DNA from: an uncultured Eubacteriaceae bacterium
GTDB lineage: Bacteria > Bacillota > Clostridia > Eubacteriales > Eubacteriaceae
Direction: 5' to 3'
DNA: 64,000 bases
Assembly: GCA_937872065.1 (NCBI GenBank)
Contig: CALMRA010000288.1
Coordinates: forward strand, 4,817 to 68,816
In this document: in pieces, positions 40,644-50,671 of the stretch
Position numbering within the stretch: position 1 is the stretch's first letter
How the letters are laid out: each line of letters begins with the position of its first letter
Position numbers and translations under genes: made by a program
Notes under the pieces: generated by a model
Database searches by the model: none
What the model was told of the DNA's origin: nothing
Seen by the model: the letters and a program-made list of their open reading frames with translations, nothing else

Positions 40644-41429
40644 ATGAAAGACGATTTAATGCAGAAACTGATGGAAGAAGTTATGGCAAAAATGGATGAA
40701 GCCGAATCAACAGGGACTGTAGCTCCGGCGACAGGCGTCTGCGGACTGACCGAATACATCGGTACGGCAGTCGGCGACTCGATCGGTTTTGTTATCGCAA
40801 ATGTAGACAGCCAGCTTCACGAAGCCATGAAGATCGACCCGAAATACCGTTCGATCGGCATCCTGTCCGCACGTACAGGCGCAGGCCCGCAGGTCTTCGC
40901 AGCTGATGAAGCGGTTAAAGCCACCAACACGGAAGTCGTTTCTGTAGAATTCGCACGTGATACAAAAGGCGGAGCCGGCCACGGTTCTCTGATCATTTTC
41001 GGCGCGGAAGACGTTTCCGATGCGAAGCGCGCTGTCGAAGTCGCTCTGAACGACCTGAACAGAACGTTCGGCGATGTTTACGGCAACGATGCAGGCCATC
41101 TTGAATTCCAGTACACAGCAAGAGCTTCTTTCGCATGCAACACAGTATTCGGCGCTCCGATCGGCCGTGCTTTCGCAATCGTCGTAGGCGCTCCGGCCGG
41201 TATCGGCGTTCTGATGTCAGATACGGCTCTTAAAGCTGCAAACGTGGATCTCATCGGCTACATGTCACCGGACAACGGCGGCACAAAGTATTCAAACGAA
41301 GCAATTATCTCTGTCTCCGGCGACGCAGGTGCCGTACGCCAGGCTGTTTACGCTGCCAGAGAAGTCGGCAAACAGGCGCTCGAAGCTCTTGGCGGACCCT
41401 GCCCGTCTACCACGACTCCTTATATCTAA
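40644..41429 (+). CDS. pduB: tandem-domain BMC-T shell protein (PduB-type)
   Basis: 261 aa with two permuted BMC repeats and an N-terminal amphipathic extension. Sits between pduA and pduC as in known pdu operons. Confidence 0.9.
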   Translation: MKDDLMQKLMEEVMAKMDEAESTGTVAPATGVCGLTEYIGTAVGDSIGFVIANVDSQLHEAMKIDPKYRSIGILSARTGAGPQVFAADEAVKATNTEVVSVEFARDTKGGAGHGSLIIFGAEDVSDAKRAVEVALNDLNRTFGDVYGNDAGHLEFQYTARASFACNTVFGAPIGRAFAIVVGAPAGIGVLMSDTALKAANVDLIGYMSPDNGGTKYSNEAIISVSGDAGAVRQAVYAAREVGKQALEALGGPCPSTTTPYI

Positions 41430-41473
41430 GCAATAGAGTAATCAGACTGTTCGTGTAAACAAGAGGAGAAAAT

Positions 41474-43135
41474 ATGAGATCCAAAAGATTTGAAGCACTG
41501 GACGCCCGTCCGATAAAAAAAGACGGTTTCGTTAAAGAATGGCCTGAAGTCGGTCTGATTGCGATGAACAATCCCGGAGATCCGACTCCGAGTCTGACAA
41601 TTGAAAACGGCGTTATCGTAGAACTCGACGGCAAGAAGCGCGAAGACTTCGATATGCTCGACCAGTTCATCGCGGATCACGGCATCCGTCTCGAAAGAGC
41701 TGAAGAAGCGATGGCGATGTCCTCGCTCGATATCGCAAATATGCTCGTAGACTTCAACGTTCCGCGTTCAGAAGTCGTCGATATTACAACGTCCATCACA
41801 CCGGCTAAGATCACCGAAGTCATGGGCCTGATGACAGTACTTGAAATGATGATGGCCCAGACAAAGATGCGTTCGCGTCTGATGCCGTCAAACCAGTGCC
41901 ACGTTACCAACGTCAAGGACAACATGGTACAGATCGCCGCAGATGCGGCGGAAGCTGCGATCCGCGGATTCGACGAAATGGAAACGACAGTCGGTGTCGC
42001 CCGTTACGCACCGTTCAACGCTCTGGCTATCATGGTTGGCGCGAACGTAGGCCGTCCGGGTATCCTGACTCAGTGCGCAGTCGAAGAAGCGACAGAACTT
42101 GACCTCGGTATGAGAGGCTATACGGCTTATGCGGAAACCATTTCTGTATACGGCACAGAACCTGTCTTCATGGACGGCGATGATACTCCGTATTCGAAGG
42201 CGTTCCTCGCAAGCTGCTACGCTTCCCGCGGCCTGAAGATGCGTTTCACATCCGGTACCGGTTCCGAAGTCCAGATGGGCTATGCGGAAGGCAAGTCGAT
42301 GCTGTATCTCGAAGCGAGATGCCTGTACATCACGAAGGGTGCCGGCGTTCAGGGAACACAGAACGGTTCCGTCTCCTGCATCGGCGTACCGGCCGGCGTA
42401 CCCGGCGGTATCCGTGCGGTCCTCGCAGAAAACCTCATCGCAGCCTGCCTCGACCTCGAATGCGCATCTTCGAATGACCAGACGTTCACTCACTCCGACC
42501 TCAGAAGAGTCGCCCGTTCGATGATGCAGATGGTTCCGGGCACAGACTATATCTGCTCCGGTTACTCATCCACTCCGAACTACGACAACATGTTCGCGGG
42601 CTCCAACTGGGATGCAGAAGACTACGACGACTGGAACGTTATCCAGCGTGACCTTAAGATCGACGGCGGCCTGCAGCCTGCCGATGAAGAAACTGTCGTT
42701 GCGGCGCGTGCGAAAGCAGCCCGTACGATGCAGACCATCTTCAGAGAACTCGGTCTTCCTGAAATCAAAGATGAAGAAGTCGAAGCGGCTACGTACGCTA
42801 ACGGCTCTAAAGATATGCCGGACCGCGATGTCGTCGCCGACCTGAAAGCCGCCGATGAACTGCTCGCGAGAGGCGCTACGGCTGTCGACTTTGTCAAGGC
42901 TCTCGACCGCGGCGGAATCCCGGACGTTGCGCATTCACTGTACAACATCCTTATTACCAAAGCGGCAGGCGACTACCTCCACACAGCTTCCATGCTTTCT
43001 TCCGACTGGGAAGTTATCTCTGCGGTCAACTATCCGAATACGTATCACGGCCCGCAGACCGGTTACCAGATCAGCGATGAAAGATGGCAGGAAATGCAGG
43101 ATATTCCGTGGGCAATCGACCCGGAAAGCGTATAA
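41474..43135 (+). CDS. pduC: B12-dependent diol dehydratase large subunit
   Basis: N-terminus MRSKRFEALDARPIKKDGFVKEW is almost identical to the characteristic PduC/DhaB1 start. 553 aa. Confidence 0.97.
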   Translation: MRSKRFEALDARPIKKDGFVKEWPEVGLIAMNNPGDPTPSLTIENGVIVELDGKKREDFDMLDQFIADHGIRLERAEEAMAMSSLDIANMLVDFNVPRSEVVDITTSITPAKITEVMGLMTVLEMMMAQTKMRSRLMPSNQCHVTNVKDNMVQIAADAAEAAIRGFDEMETTVGVARYAPFNALAIMVGANVGRPGILTQCAVEEATELDLGMRGYTAYAETISVYGTEPVFMDGDDTPYSKAFLASCYASRGLKMRFTSGTGSEVQMGYAEGKSMLYLEARCLYITKGAGVQGTQNGSVSCIGVPAGVPGGIRAVLAENLIAACLDLECASSNDQTFTHSDLRRVARSMMQMVPGTDYICSGYSSTPNYDNMFAGSNWDAEDYDDWNVIQRDLKIDGGLQPADEETVVAARAKAARTMQTIFRELGLPEIKDEEVEAATYANGSKDMPDRDVVADLKAADELLARGATAVDFVKALDRGGIPDVAHSLYNILITKAAGDYLHTASMLSSDWEVISAVNYPNTYHGPQTGYQISDERWQEMQDIPWAIDPESV

Positions 43136-43147
43136 GGGGGAGTCAAG

Positions 43148-43819
43148 ATGGCTATCAATGAACAGATGCTCCAGAGCATTATTGAAGAAGTTTTAAGAGA
43201 AATGGGGACCTCCCAGCCCGCTGCCGATGCTCCGGCAGCAGCGCCGGCTGAATCGGCAGCGGCAGCGGCCGAATCTGTAGAACTTAAGCCGGAAGGCGAA
43301 GTGAAGCAGGGAACCGCTTCAGATGAAGTACTGATCGGACTCGCGCCGGCTTTCGCCGAATTCCAGACTGAAACGATTATCGGTATTCCGCACTCAAAGG
43401 TTCTCAAGGAACTCATCGCCGGTATCGAAGAAGAAGGACTCAAAGCCAGAGTCATCAAGGTATACAGAAGCTCCGACGTCGCCGTCTGCGGACACGATGC
43501 AGCCGAACTTTCCGGTTCGGGCGTCGCGATCGGGATCCAGTCCAAGGGCACCGCGCTGATCCATCAGAAGGATCTGCCGCAGCTGTCAAACCTCGAACTG
43601 TTCTCACAGGCACCGCTCATCGACCTCGACACCTACCGTGCGATCGGCAAAAATGCCGCTAAATACGCCAAGGGCGAATCACCGAGCCCTGTTCCGGTCA
43701 AAAACGACCAGATGGCGCGTCCGGCATATCAGGCGAAGGCTGCTCTGCTTCATATCAAGGAAACAGAACACGTCGTACCTGGCAAGAAGCCGGTCGAAAT
43801 GGAAGTAATTTTCAAATAG
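43148..43819 (+). CDS. pduD: diol dehydratase medium subunit
   Basis: 223 aa. Follows pduC. N-terminal amphipathic helix plus Ala/Pro linker, then the conserved beta-subunit core. Confidence 0.93.
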   Translation: MAINEQMLQSIIEEVLREMGTSQPAADAPAAAPAESAAAAAESVELKPEGEVKQGTASDEVLIGLAPAFAEFQTETIIGIPHSKVLKELIAGIEEEGLKARVIKVYRSSDVAVCGHDAAELSGSGVAIGIQSKGTALIHQKDLPQLSNLELFSQAPLIDLDTYRAIGKNAAKYAKGESPSPVPVKNDQMARPAYQAKAALLHIKETEHVVPGKKPVEMEVIFK

Positions 43820-43825
43820 GAGACG

Positions 43826-44344
43826 ATGAACATGACTCAGGAACAGATGCTTGAACAGATCGTCAAACAGGTAATGGCCGCAATGGGCAGCGAACAGCCT
43901 GCACAGACCTGCGCTCCGTCAACGGGAGACAAGGTCACGGCTGCCGACTATCCGATTGCAGACAAACGCCCGGATCTGATCAAAACCGCTACAGGCAAAA
44001 ATTTCACTGATTTATCATATGAAAAAGTTATTAATGGCGAACTGAAACCGGAAGACCTGCGTATCCGTCCGGAAACGCTCGAACTTCAGGCGGAAGTCGC
44101 GGAATCCGTACAGCGCGGAGCCTTCGCAGGCAATCTGAGAAGAGCTGCGGAACTGATCGCAGTCCCGGATGCCCGTCTTCTCGAAATCTACAACGCGCTG
44201 CGTCCGTATAAATCCACAAAGGAAGAATACGAAGCGATCGCCGTTGAACTCGAAACACAGTACAATGCGCCGATCTCGGCAGGCCTTGTCAGGGAAGCTG
44301 CCGCAATCGGCTATAAGAGAAAGAGAACGAAGGAATTCAAGTAG
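43826..44344 (+). CDS. pduE: diol dehydratase small subunit
   Basis: 172 aa, at the third position of the dehydratase triplet, with an N-terminal amphipathic extension. Confidence 0.9.
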   Translation: MNMTQEQMLEQIVKQVMAAMGSEQPAQTCAPSTGDKVTAADYPIADKRPDLIKTATGKNFTDLSYEKVINGELKPEDLRIRPETLELQAEVAESVQRGAFAGNLRRAAELIAVPDARLLEIYNALRPYKSTKEEYEAIAVELETQYNAPISAGLVREAAAIGYKRKRTKEFK

Positions 44345-44399
44345 TCTGATTTAATCTGATTAATCAGAACGGCTGAATATAATGATTCGGGAGGAAAAA

Positions 44400-46223
44400 A
44401 TGATTGTAGCAGGTATAGACATCGGCAATGCGAGCACTGAAACGGCGCTTGCTCGATGCGAAAACGGGACCACAGATTTCCTCGCCAGCGGCATCGTCGC
44501 TACGACAGGGATGAAGGGGACCCGCCAGAATATACACGGCGTATTTGCCTCCCTCAAACAAGCTCTTGAAAAGGCCGGCATGACAGAAAAGGATGTCGAC
44601 CTGATCCGGATTAACGAAGCTGCGCCGGTCATCGGGGACGTGGCGATGGAGACGATCACAGAAACCATCATCACCGAATCCACGATGATCGGGCACAATC
44701 CGTCCACACCGGGCGGACTGGGCACCGGCACCGGGATTACGATCGATATCCGCAATATCGGTCAGTCGAAGCCCGGAGATGCCGTTATCGTAATCATACC
44801 CAGAGAGGTCGATTTCGAAAGCTCTTCACAGATGATAAACGAAGCGATGAGCCGGGGGATTCATGTCAACGGAGCCATCGTCCAGAGAGACGACGGCGTG
44901 CTGATCAACAACCGGATCAAGAAGGTCATCCCGATCGTCGACGAAGTCAAGCTGATTGAAAAGGTTCCGAGAGGAATGAAGGCTGCCGTAGAGGTCGCGT
45001 CTCAGGGACGGGTCGTCGAGCAGCTGTCGAATCCATACGGAATCGCGACGGTATTCGATTTGAGTTCCGACGAAACGAAGCAGGTCGTACCGATATCAAG
45101 AGCGCTGATTGGAAACAGGTCCGCGGTCATAATCAAGACTCCCGCGGGAGACGTTAAAGAACGCAAGATTCCCGCCGGGAAGATTATTATTCAGGGCGAA
45201 AACAAGAAAGCGGAAGTCAATGTCGACGACGGAGCGCAGACCATTATGGATGCGATCCGCAGTGTCGCTCCGATCGAAGACATTTCAGGAGAACCGGGAA
45301 CCAATGCCGGCGGAATGCTCGAACGTGTCCGTCAGGTCATGGCGAATCTGACAAACCAGAATCCGAGCCATATTCAGATCCAGGATCTGCTGGCGGTCGA
45401 TACCTTCGTACCGCAGACAGTCACCGGAGGCATGGCGGAAGAATTTTCGATGGAAAACGCTGTCGGAATCGCCGCGATGGTTAAGGCTGACAAGCTGCAG
45501 ATGAACATGATCGCCCGCGAGCTCGAAAAAGAGCTCGGCGTGAAGGTGGAAGTCGGCGGCGTTGAAGCGGATATGGCGATTCGGGGCGCCCTTACGACAC
45601 CCGGAAGCGCGAAACCGCTGGCGATTATCGATATGGGCGCAGGCTCAACCGACGCGGCGATTATCAACAAGGCCGGTCAGATTCATTCGATTCATCTGGC
45701 CGGAGCCGGAAACATGGTCACGATGCTTATCGGATCCGAACTCGGATTCGAGGACAGCGGGATTCCGGAGGACATCAAGAAGTATCCGCTTGCAAAGGTT
45801 GAAAGTCTGTTCCACATCCGTCATGAAGACGGAACGGTCCAGTTTTTCGATTCGCCGCTGAGTCCGGACGTTTTCGCAAAGGTCGTTATTCTGACGCCGA
45901 ACGGCATGGTTCCGATTCCCGGACAGAATTCGCTCGAAAAAATCAGAACAGTCCGCCGTGAAGCAAAAGAAAAAGTATTTGTGATGAACGCGATTCGTTC
46001 GCTGGAAAAGGTTTCTCCGACCGGAAATATACGCGATATGGAATTTGTAACGCTTGTCGGCGGTTCCGCGCTGGATTTTGAAATCCCGCAGCTCGTAACC
46101 GACGCGCTTTCAAAATTCAGCATCGTCGCAGGACGAGCCAACATACGCGGAGTCGAAGGACCGAGAAACGCCGTTGCCACAGGTCTTGTTCTGGCCTACT
46201 GTGCGGAAGGTGACGAAAAATGA
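44400..46223 (+). CDS. pduG: diol dehydratase reactivase large subunit
   Basis: MIVAGIDIGNASTETALA actin-fold start typical of PduG/DdrA. ATG 44400 lies 5 nt after GGGAGG. Confidence 0.93.
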   Translation: MIVAGIDIGNASTETALARCENGTTDFLASGIVATTGMKGTRQNIHGVFASLKQALEKAGMTEKDVDLIRINEAAPVIGDVAMETITETIITESTMIGHNPSTPGGLGTGTGITIDIRNIGQSKPGDAVIVIIPREVDFESSSQMINEAMSRGIHVNGAIVQRDDGVLINNRIKKVIPIVDEVKLIEKVPRGMKAAVEVASQGRVVEQLSNPYGIATVFDLSSDETKQVVPISRALIGNRSAVIIKTPAGDVKERKIPAGKIIIQGENKKAEVNVDDGAQTIMDAIRSVAPIEDISGEPGTNAGGMLERVRQVMANLTNQNPSHIQIQDLLAVDTFVPQTVTGGMAEEFSMENAVGIAAMVKADKLQMNMIARELEKELGVKVEVGGVEADMAIRGALTTPGSAKPLAIIDMGAGSTDAAIINKAGQIHSIHLAGAGNMVTMLIGSELGFEDSGIPEDIKKYPLAKVESLFHIRHEDGTVQFFDSPLSPDVFAKVVILTPNGMVPIPGQNSLEKIRTVRREAKEKVFVMNAIRSLEKVSPTGNIRDMEFVTLVGGSALDFEIPQLVTDALSKFSIVAGRANIRGVEGPRNAVATGLVLAYCAEGDEK

Positions 46224-46576
46224 ACGTCAGCTTCGAATCGCCCAGGCCTGAGATCAAGATATACTGGGAAACCGGAACGGATATGCGCGCCGTAAGCGAG
46301 ATCCTCAGAGGAATCGAAGAAGAAGGCGTTCCCGCGACGACCGAAGAACGAGAAAACGTAGAAAACGCGGTGGTACTCGCGTATAAAGCGGCAGAAGCTT
46401 CACATCTCGGAGTCGGAATCGGCATCGCCGATACGATCGCACTTCACTTTATCAAGCTTCAGGAAGACGCACCGCTTTTCCAGATCGGTCTTACAGCGGA
46501 TTCGGACAGGCTTCGCGCCATCGGATCCAACGCAGCCAGGCTGGTCAAGCACATGCCCTTCAAGAGCATTGACTGA
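46220..46576 (+). CDS. pduH: diol dehydratase reactivase small subunit
   Basis: 118 aa. ATGA overlap with pduG. Position and size match PduH/DdrB. Confidence 0.85.
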   Translation: MNVSFESPRPEIKIYWETGTDMRAVSEILRGIEEEGVPATTEERENVENAVVLAYKAAEASHLGVGIGIADTIALHFIKLQEDAPLFQIGLTADSDRLRAIGSNAARLVKHMPFKSID

Positions 46577-46592
46577 ATTCAGGAGAAACGCA

Positions 46593-46958
46593 TTGAAAGA
46601 TGCACTGGGACTTATTGAAGCAATAGGTCTTGCCACTGCATATGAAGCAGCCGATGCTGCCATGAAAGCCGCTAACGTCAAGCTGCTGGGCTTCGAGCCC
46701 TGCAGAGGAGACGGGATGCATACAATTAAGGTGACTGGAGGCGTCGAAGCTGTCAAAGCCGCGGTAGCGGCAGCGCAGGCTGCAGGCTCCAGAGGCAGAG
46801 GCGTTTTTTCAGCAGTGGTCATTGCAAGACCTTCTGAGGGAATAATGCCTCTTGTCAGTAACAGCGCAACCTTCGGATGCAGAAAGCAGGATCAAGAGCA
46901 GATCTCTGAAACCGACGAGACAGCCCCGGGAACTGCCGAAGAGAAACCTGAAGCATAA
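46593..46958 (+). CDS. pduK: BMC-H shell protein with acidic C-terminal extension (PduK-like)
   Basis: The BMC domain starts at LKDALGLIEAIGLATAYEAADAAMKAANV. TTG 46593 lies 7 nt after AGGAG; the ORF-track start TTG 46569 would overlap pduH. About 35-aa tail after the BMC fold. Confidence 0.75.
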   Translation: MKDALGLIEAIGLATAYEAADAAMKAANVKLLGFEPCRGDGMHTIKVTGGVEAVKAAVAAAQAAGSRGRGVFSAVVIARPSEGIMPLVSNSATFGCRKQDQEQISETDETAPGTAEEKPEA

Positions 46959-46987
46959 CGGACTGTTTGAGGAAAGGAGTTCTGCAG

Positions 46988-47647
46988 ATGACAGAGAATG
47001 AACGTGCGGTAATTGAGCAGATTGTGATGAACACAGTCAAAAAGCTCCTTGCAGAACGCGACGCACCGACAAGGATCCCGCTCGGGGTCTCGAATAAGCA
47101 CATCCATCTGACACAGGAGGACGTAGAGATCCTGTTCGGGGAAGGCCATACGCTTACTCCGATCAAGGATCTGGGTCAGCCCGGTCAGTTTGCATGTGAA
47201 GAATGTATCGATCTGGAAGGACCGAAAGCCGTGATGAAACATGTTCGCGTGCTCGGACCTGCCAGAGCGGAGACACAGATTGAAATTTCCATGACGGATG
47301 CCAGGACCCTCGGGATCAAGGCGCCTGTCAGAGAATCGGGCTGTCTGGCGGATACGCCCGGGATTACGCTCGTCGGACCCGAAGGATCCATCGAGCTTAC
47401 CCACGGCGTGATCGTCGCGCTCAGGCATATTCATATGCCGCCCGATATTGCGGAACAGCTCGAACTGAACGACGGAGACAGCGTCTTTGTCGAAACGAGC
47501 GGTATCCGCCCGACGCTGTTCAGGAACGTGCTCGTCAGAGTTTCACCCAATTATTCGTATGAAATGCATATCGATACGGACGAAGCCAACGCAGCCGGAC
47601 TGAAAAACGGAGATATATTAAAACTCATTAAGCAGGTTGAATTGTAA
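46988..47647 (+). CDS. pduL: phosphate propanoyltransferase
   Basis: PduL repeats IPLGVSNKHIHLTQEDVEILFG and VIVALRHIHMPPDIAEQL. ATG 46988 after AAAGGAG. Confidence 0.9.
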   Translation: MTENERAVIEQIVMNTVKKLLAERDAPTRIPLGVSNKHIHLTQEDVEILFGEGHTLTPIKDLGQPGQFACEECIDLEGPKAVMKHVRVLGPARAETQIEISMTDARTLGIKAPVRESGCLADTPGITLVGPEGSIELTHGVIVALRHIHMPPDIAEQLELNDGDSVFVETSGIRPTLFRNVLVRVSPNYSYEMHIDTDEANAAGLKNGDILKLIKQVEL

Positions 47648-48468
47648 TGGACTGGAAAAGCGGCAACGACGTTATCCTGGAGTTTGACGAACTGATTAAA
47701 AGCGGAAAAGCCCGGCCTCATACCGGTCCGCTCAAAATAGGCGTCGACCTCGGGACAGCAAATATCGTTCTGGCAGCCGTCGATCAGGAGAACAGACCTG
47801 TCGCCGGCGTTACGCGACGCGCATCTGTCGTCCGCGACGGAATCGTTGTGGACTATATGGGCGCTGTCAGCATTGTCAGACAGCTCAAGGCGGAGCTCGA
47901 AGACATCCTCGGTGAAAGCCTTGATTTCGCCAATGCCGCGACAGCGATTCCGCCGGGAATTCTCGAAGGCAACGCGAAGATCATCGCGAACGTCGTCGAC
48001 TCGGCAGATTTTAACGTTACCAACGTCGTGGACGAACCGACGGCGGCAGCGACTGTTCTCGGAATCAGGAACGGCGCGGTTGTCGATGTCGGCGGCGGTA
48101 CGACGGGCATTTCGATCCTGAAGGATGGAGAAGTTGTCTTTACGGCGGACGAACCGACAGGGGGGACTCATATGAGTCTGGTGATCGCCGGAAACAAAAA
48201 GATCAGCTTCGACGAAGCGGAAGAGATTAAAATTCACGACGATCAGCGGGTCGTTTTCCCGATTATCAAGCCGGTCGTCGAAAAGATGGCTTCGATCGTT
48301 CACCGTTTTATACAGGGCTACGATGTGGATACGATATACGTCGTAGGCGGCGCCTGTGAATTCGACAGATTCGAACAGGTTTTCGAACGCGAAACGGGGA
48401 TCAAGACGATCAAGCCGGTGGAACCGCTTCTGGTAACGCCGCTCGGCATCGCATTCAACTGCAGATAG
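47647..48468 (+). CDS. eutJ: EutJ-like actin/Hsp70-fold chaperone
   Basis: Actin-fold phosphate loops IGVDLGTANIV and VVDVGGGTTGISI. 273 aa. TAATG overlap with pduL. Confidence 0.85.
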   Translation: MDWKSGNDVILEFDELIKSGKARPHTGPLKIGVDLGTANIVLAAVDQENRPVAGVTRRASVVRDGIVVDYMGAVSIVRQLKAELEDILGESLDFANAATAIPPGILEGNAKIIANVVDSADFNVTNVVDEPTAAATVLGIRNGAVVDVGGGTTGISILKDGEVVFTADEPTGGTHMSLVIAGNKKISFDEAEEIKIHDDQRVVFPIIKPVVEKMASIVHRFIQGYDVDTIYVVGGACEFDRFEQVFERETGIKTIKPVEPLLVTPLGIAFNCR

Positions 48469-48477
48469 GAGTGCCGA

Positions 48478-49356
48478 TTGGATATACAGGCAATTTTAGA
48501 TAATAAACAGCTGATGGACGCCTTTATCCGGCAGATCGCCGACGAGGTGATCCGACGGCTCGCGAACAAGCCGAAGACGGCACTCGTGGTGTTCTCGGGA
48601 GCGGCGATCGGCTTCTCTCAGGAACTGAAGGCGCTCACGCAGCTTGCCGACGAAGGCTGGCAGTTCAAGGTCTTTCTGTCGGACGCCGCGATGTCGATCT
48701 TTACACCGGATATGATCCAGGAAAAGCTCGGTGCGGATCAGATTTTCCACGCCGGGATTCGCTACAATCAGAAGGATCTGTACGCAGGCGTAGACAAGAT
48801 TATCATCGCGTCGACGACTGTGAACACGGCTGCGAAGATTGCAAACGGGATCTGCGACAACGATCTGCTCACTCTCGTGAATCACGGGCTGATGGCGGGA
48901 ACGGAAACGATCTGCTCTGTCAACGGCGCGTGCCCGGATGATCCGGAACGTGCGAAGCTCGGCATGGGCGTCTCGCCTCCGGGTTACAGGCAGATGCTCA
49001 GGGACAACCTGGCGAAGATGCAGAGCTTCGGGATCAGATTGTGTACGGCGGACAGGCTCTACGATACGTGCAGAGACGAGGATGCTCAGGATCAGGCGCA
49101 GCAGTGCGCGGCTCCGGTGCAGACAGAATCCGCACCGGTCGTTCAGGCTGCTCCGGAACCGAAACCGGAACCCGTCAAAGCTGAAATCGCAGCGGATCAG
49201 GGGGCGACGGTCAGACTGGATAAACATGTGATCAGCAACCGGGATATTCGGGCGAACCGGATAAGCCGGGTGATCGAAGTACCTTCCGACGCCCTGGTAA
49301 CTCAGAGCGCGGCGGATACGATGCGGGAACTGGGCATTGCGCTCAGAAGGATCTAG
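48478..49356 (+). CDS. PduM-position protein with an embedded flavoprotein-like domain
   Basis: 292 aa. N-terminal amphipathic helix, then IIASTTVNTAAKIANGICDNDLLT, which resembles the Dfp/HFCD flavoprotein motif. A Pro/Ala/Gln linker follows, then a C-terminal VISNRDIR...VTQSAADTMRELGIAL segment. TTG start after AGGAG. The PduM assignment rests on gene order and terminal segments only. Confidence 0.5.
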   Translation: MDIQAILDNKQLMDAFIRQIADEVIRRLANKPKTALVVFSGAAIGFSQELKALTQLADEGWQFKVFLSDAAMSIFTPDMIQEKLGADQIFHAGIRYNQKDLYAGVDKIIIASTTVNTAAKIANGICDNDLLTLVNHGLMAGTETICSVNGACPDDPERAKLGMGVSPPGYRQMLRDNLAKMQSFGIRLCTADRLYDTCRDEDAQDQAQQCAAPVQTESAPVVQAAPEPKPEPVKAEIAADQGATVRLDKHVISNRDIRANRISRVIEVPSDALVTQSAADTMRELGIALRRI

Positions 49357-49365
49357 GAGGCGGAT

Positions 49366-49644
49366 ATGCATTTAGCAAAAGTTGTCGGAAATGTCGTCTC
49401 TACGCAGAAGGATCCGAATCTCGTAGGCTGCAAGCTTCTGATCATAAAAAAGATTAACGAAAACGGCGAGTTTGAAAAATACTCGAGTCAGTCTACTGCG
49501 ATCGCGGTAGACAGCGTAGGCGCGGGCATCGGAGAAACAGTTATCGTCACGACGGGCTCAACAGCCCGTTATGTATACGGCGACAAGCTTGCTCCGCTCG
49601 ATATGACAATTGTCGGCATTGTCGATGAAATACAGATTGTGTAG
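49366..49644 (+). CDS. pduN: BMC-P pentameric vertex protein (PduN/EutN/CcmL family)
   Basis: 92 aa. MHLAKVVGNVVSTQKDPNLVGCKLLII is the typical EutN/CcmL start. Confidence 0.9.
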   Translation: MHLAKVVGNVVSTQKDPNLVGCKLLIIKKINENGEFEKYSSQSTAIAVDSVGAGIGETVIVTTGSTARYVYGDKLAPLDMTIVGIVDEIQIV

Positions 49645-49651
49645 GTAAGCT

Positions 49652-50662
49652 ATGCCGAATGTCTATACGAGAACCGGAGATAAAGGCACGACAGGCCTTT
49701 TCGGAGGAGCAAGAACACCGAAAAACGATATCCGGGTCGAAGCCTACGGCACAATGGATGAAGCGAACGCCTCTATCGGCTGGGCAAAATCCATTATCGA
49801 AGACGAAGCGATCCGGGATATCCTGAACGGGATTCAGAAACGGATATTCGTCCTCGCGGCGGAACTGGCAAGCGATGCAAAGGGCAAGGAAATGCTCGCT
49901 GACAAAATCAGTCAGAAGGATGTCGACGAACTGGAACATCAGCTCGACAAATATCTGGCTGTAGTCGGAAAGCAGAAAGATTTCGTCGTACCCGGAGCAA
50001 ATCCGTCATCCGCAGCTCTGCATCAGGCACGGACTGTGGTCAGACGGGCGGAACGAAGGATCATCGATTATTCGGATCAGGAAACGGTCAGACCGGAACT
50101 GATCAAATATGCCAACAGACTTTCGGATCTGCTGTTCGTTCTCGCCAGAATGGAAGAATATAACGACACCGTAAGACAAGTCACCAGAAAAGTCGAAGAA
50201 GTACTGAAAAAACAGGGGATACAGACACCGACGGAAGACATTATAGACAAACCCCGGATCAATATCCTGACCCTTGCGAAACGGATGGCGCACGCTTCCA
50301 GACTGCGCGCGGCAGAACTCGGCATTCCGATCGTGTTCTCCGCAGTGGATAAGCATGGAAATCTCGTCTATCTCGAACGTGAGGAGGATTCACTTCTTGC
50401 GAGCATCGATATCGCCCGTAAAAAAGCTTATACGGCGGCAGCGCTTAAGACGCCCACCGACAAGCTTGCGGAGCTTTCCAAAGAAGACGGCGCACTGTTC
50501 GGTCTGCCCTTTACGAGCGACGGAGAGTACGTAATTTTCGGCGGCGGCTATCCGATCGTCATAAACGGAGAGATCATCGGCGCGATTGGTGTATCGGGGG
50601 GGACGGCAGAAGAAGATATGCAGATTGCTTCTGCCGGTCTTACGGTACTGGACAGGATATAG
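49652..50662 (+). CDS. pduO: PduO-type ATP:cob(I)alamin adenosyltransferase fused to a DUF336/GlcG-like domain
   Basis: N-terminus VYTRTGDKGTTGLFGG is the PduO-type ATR signature. The C-terminal roughly 140 aa (IVFSAVDKHGNLVY ... GGGYPI ... IGAIGVSGG) match the heme-binding DUF336 module. Confidence 0.9.
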   Translation: MPNVYTRTGDKGTTGLFGGARTPKNDIRVEAYGTMDEANASIGWAKSIIEDEAIRDILNGIQKRIFVLAAELASDAKGKEMLADKISQKDVDELEHQLDKYLAVVGKQKDFVVPGANPSSAALHQARTVVRRAERRIIDYSDQETVRPELIKYANRLSDLLFVLARMEEYNDTVRQVTRKVEEVLKKQGIQTPTEDIIDKPRINILTLAKRMAHASRLRAAELGIPIVFSAVDKHGNLVYLEREEDSLLASIDIARKKAYTAAALKTPTDKLAELSKEDGALFGLPFTSDGEYVIFGGGYPIVINGEIIGAIGVSGGTAEEDMQIASAGLTVLDRI

Positions 50663-50671
50663 GAGAAAAAT

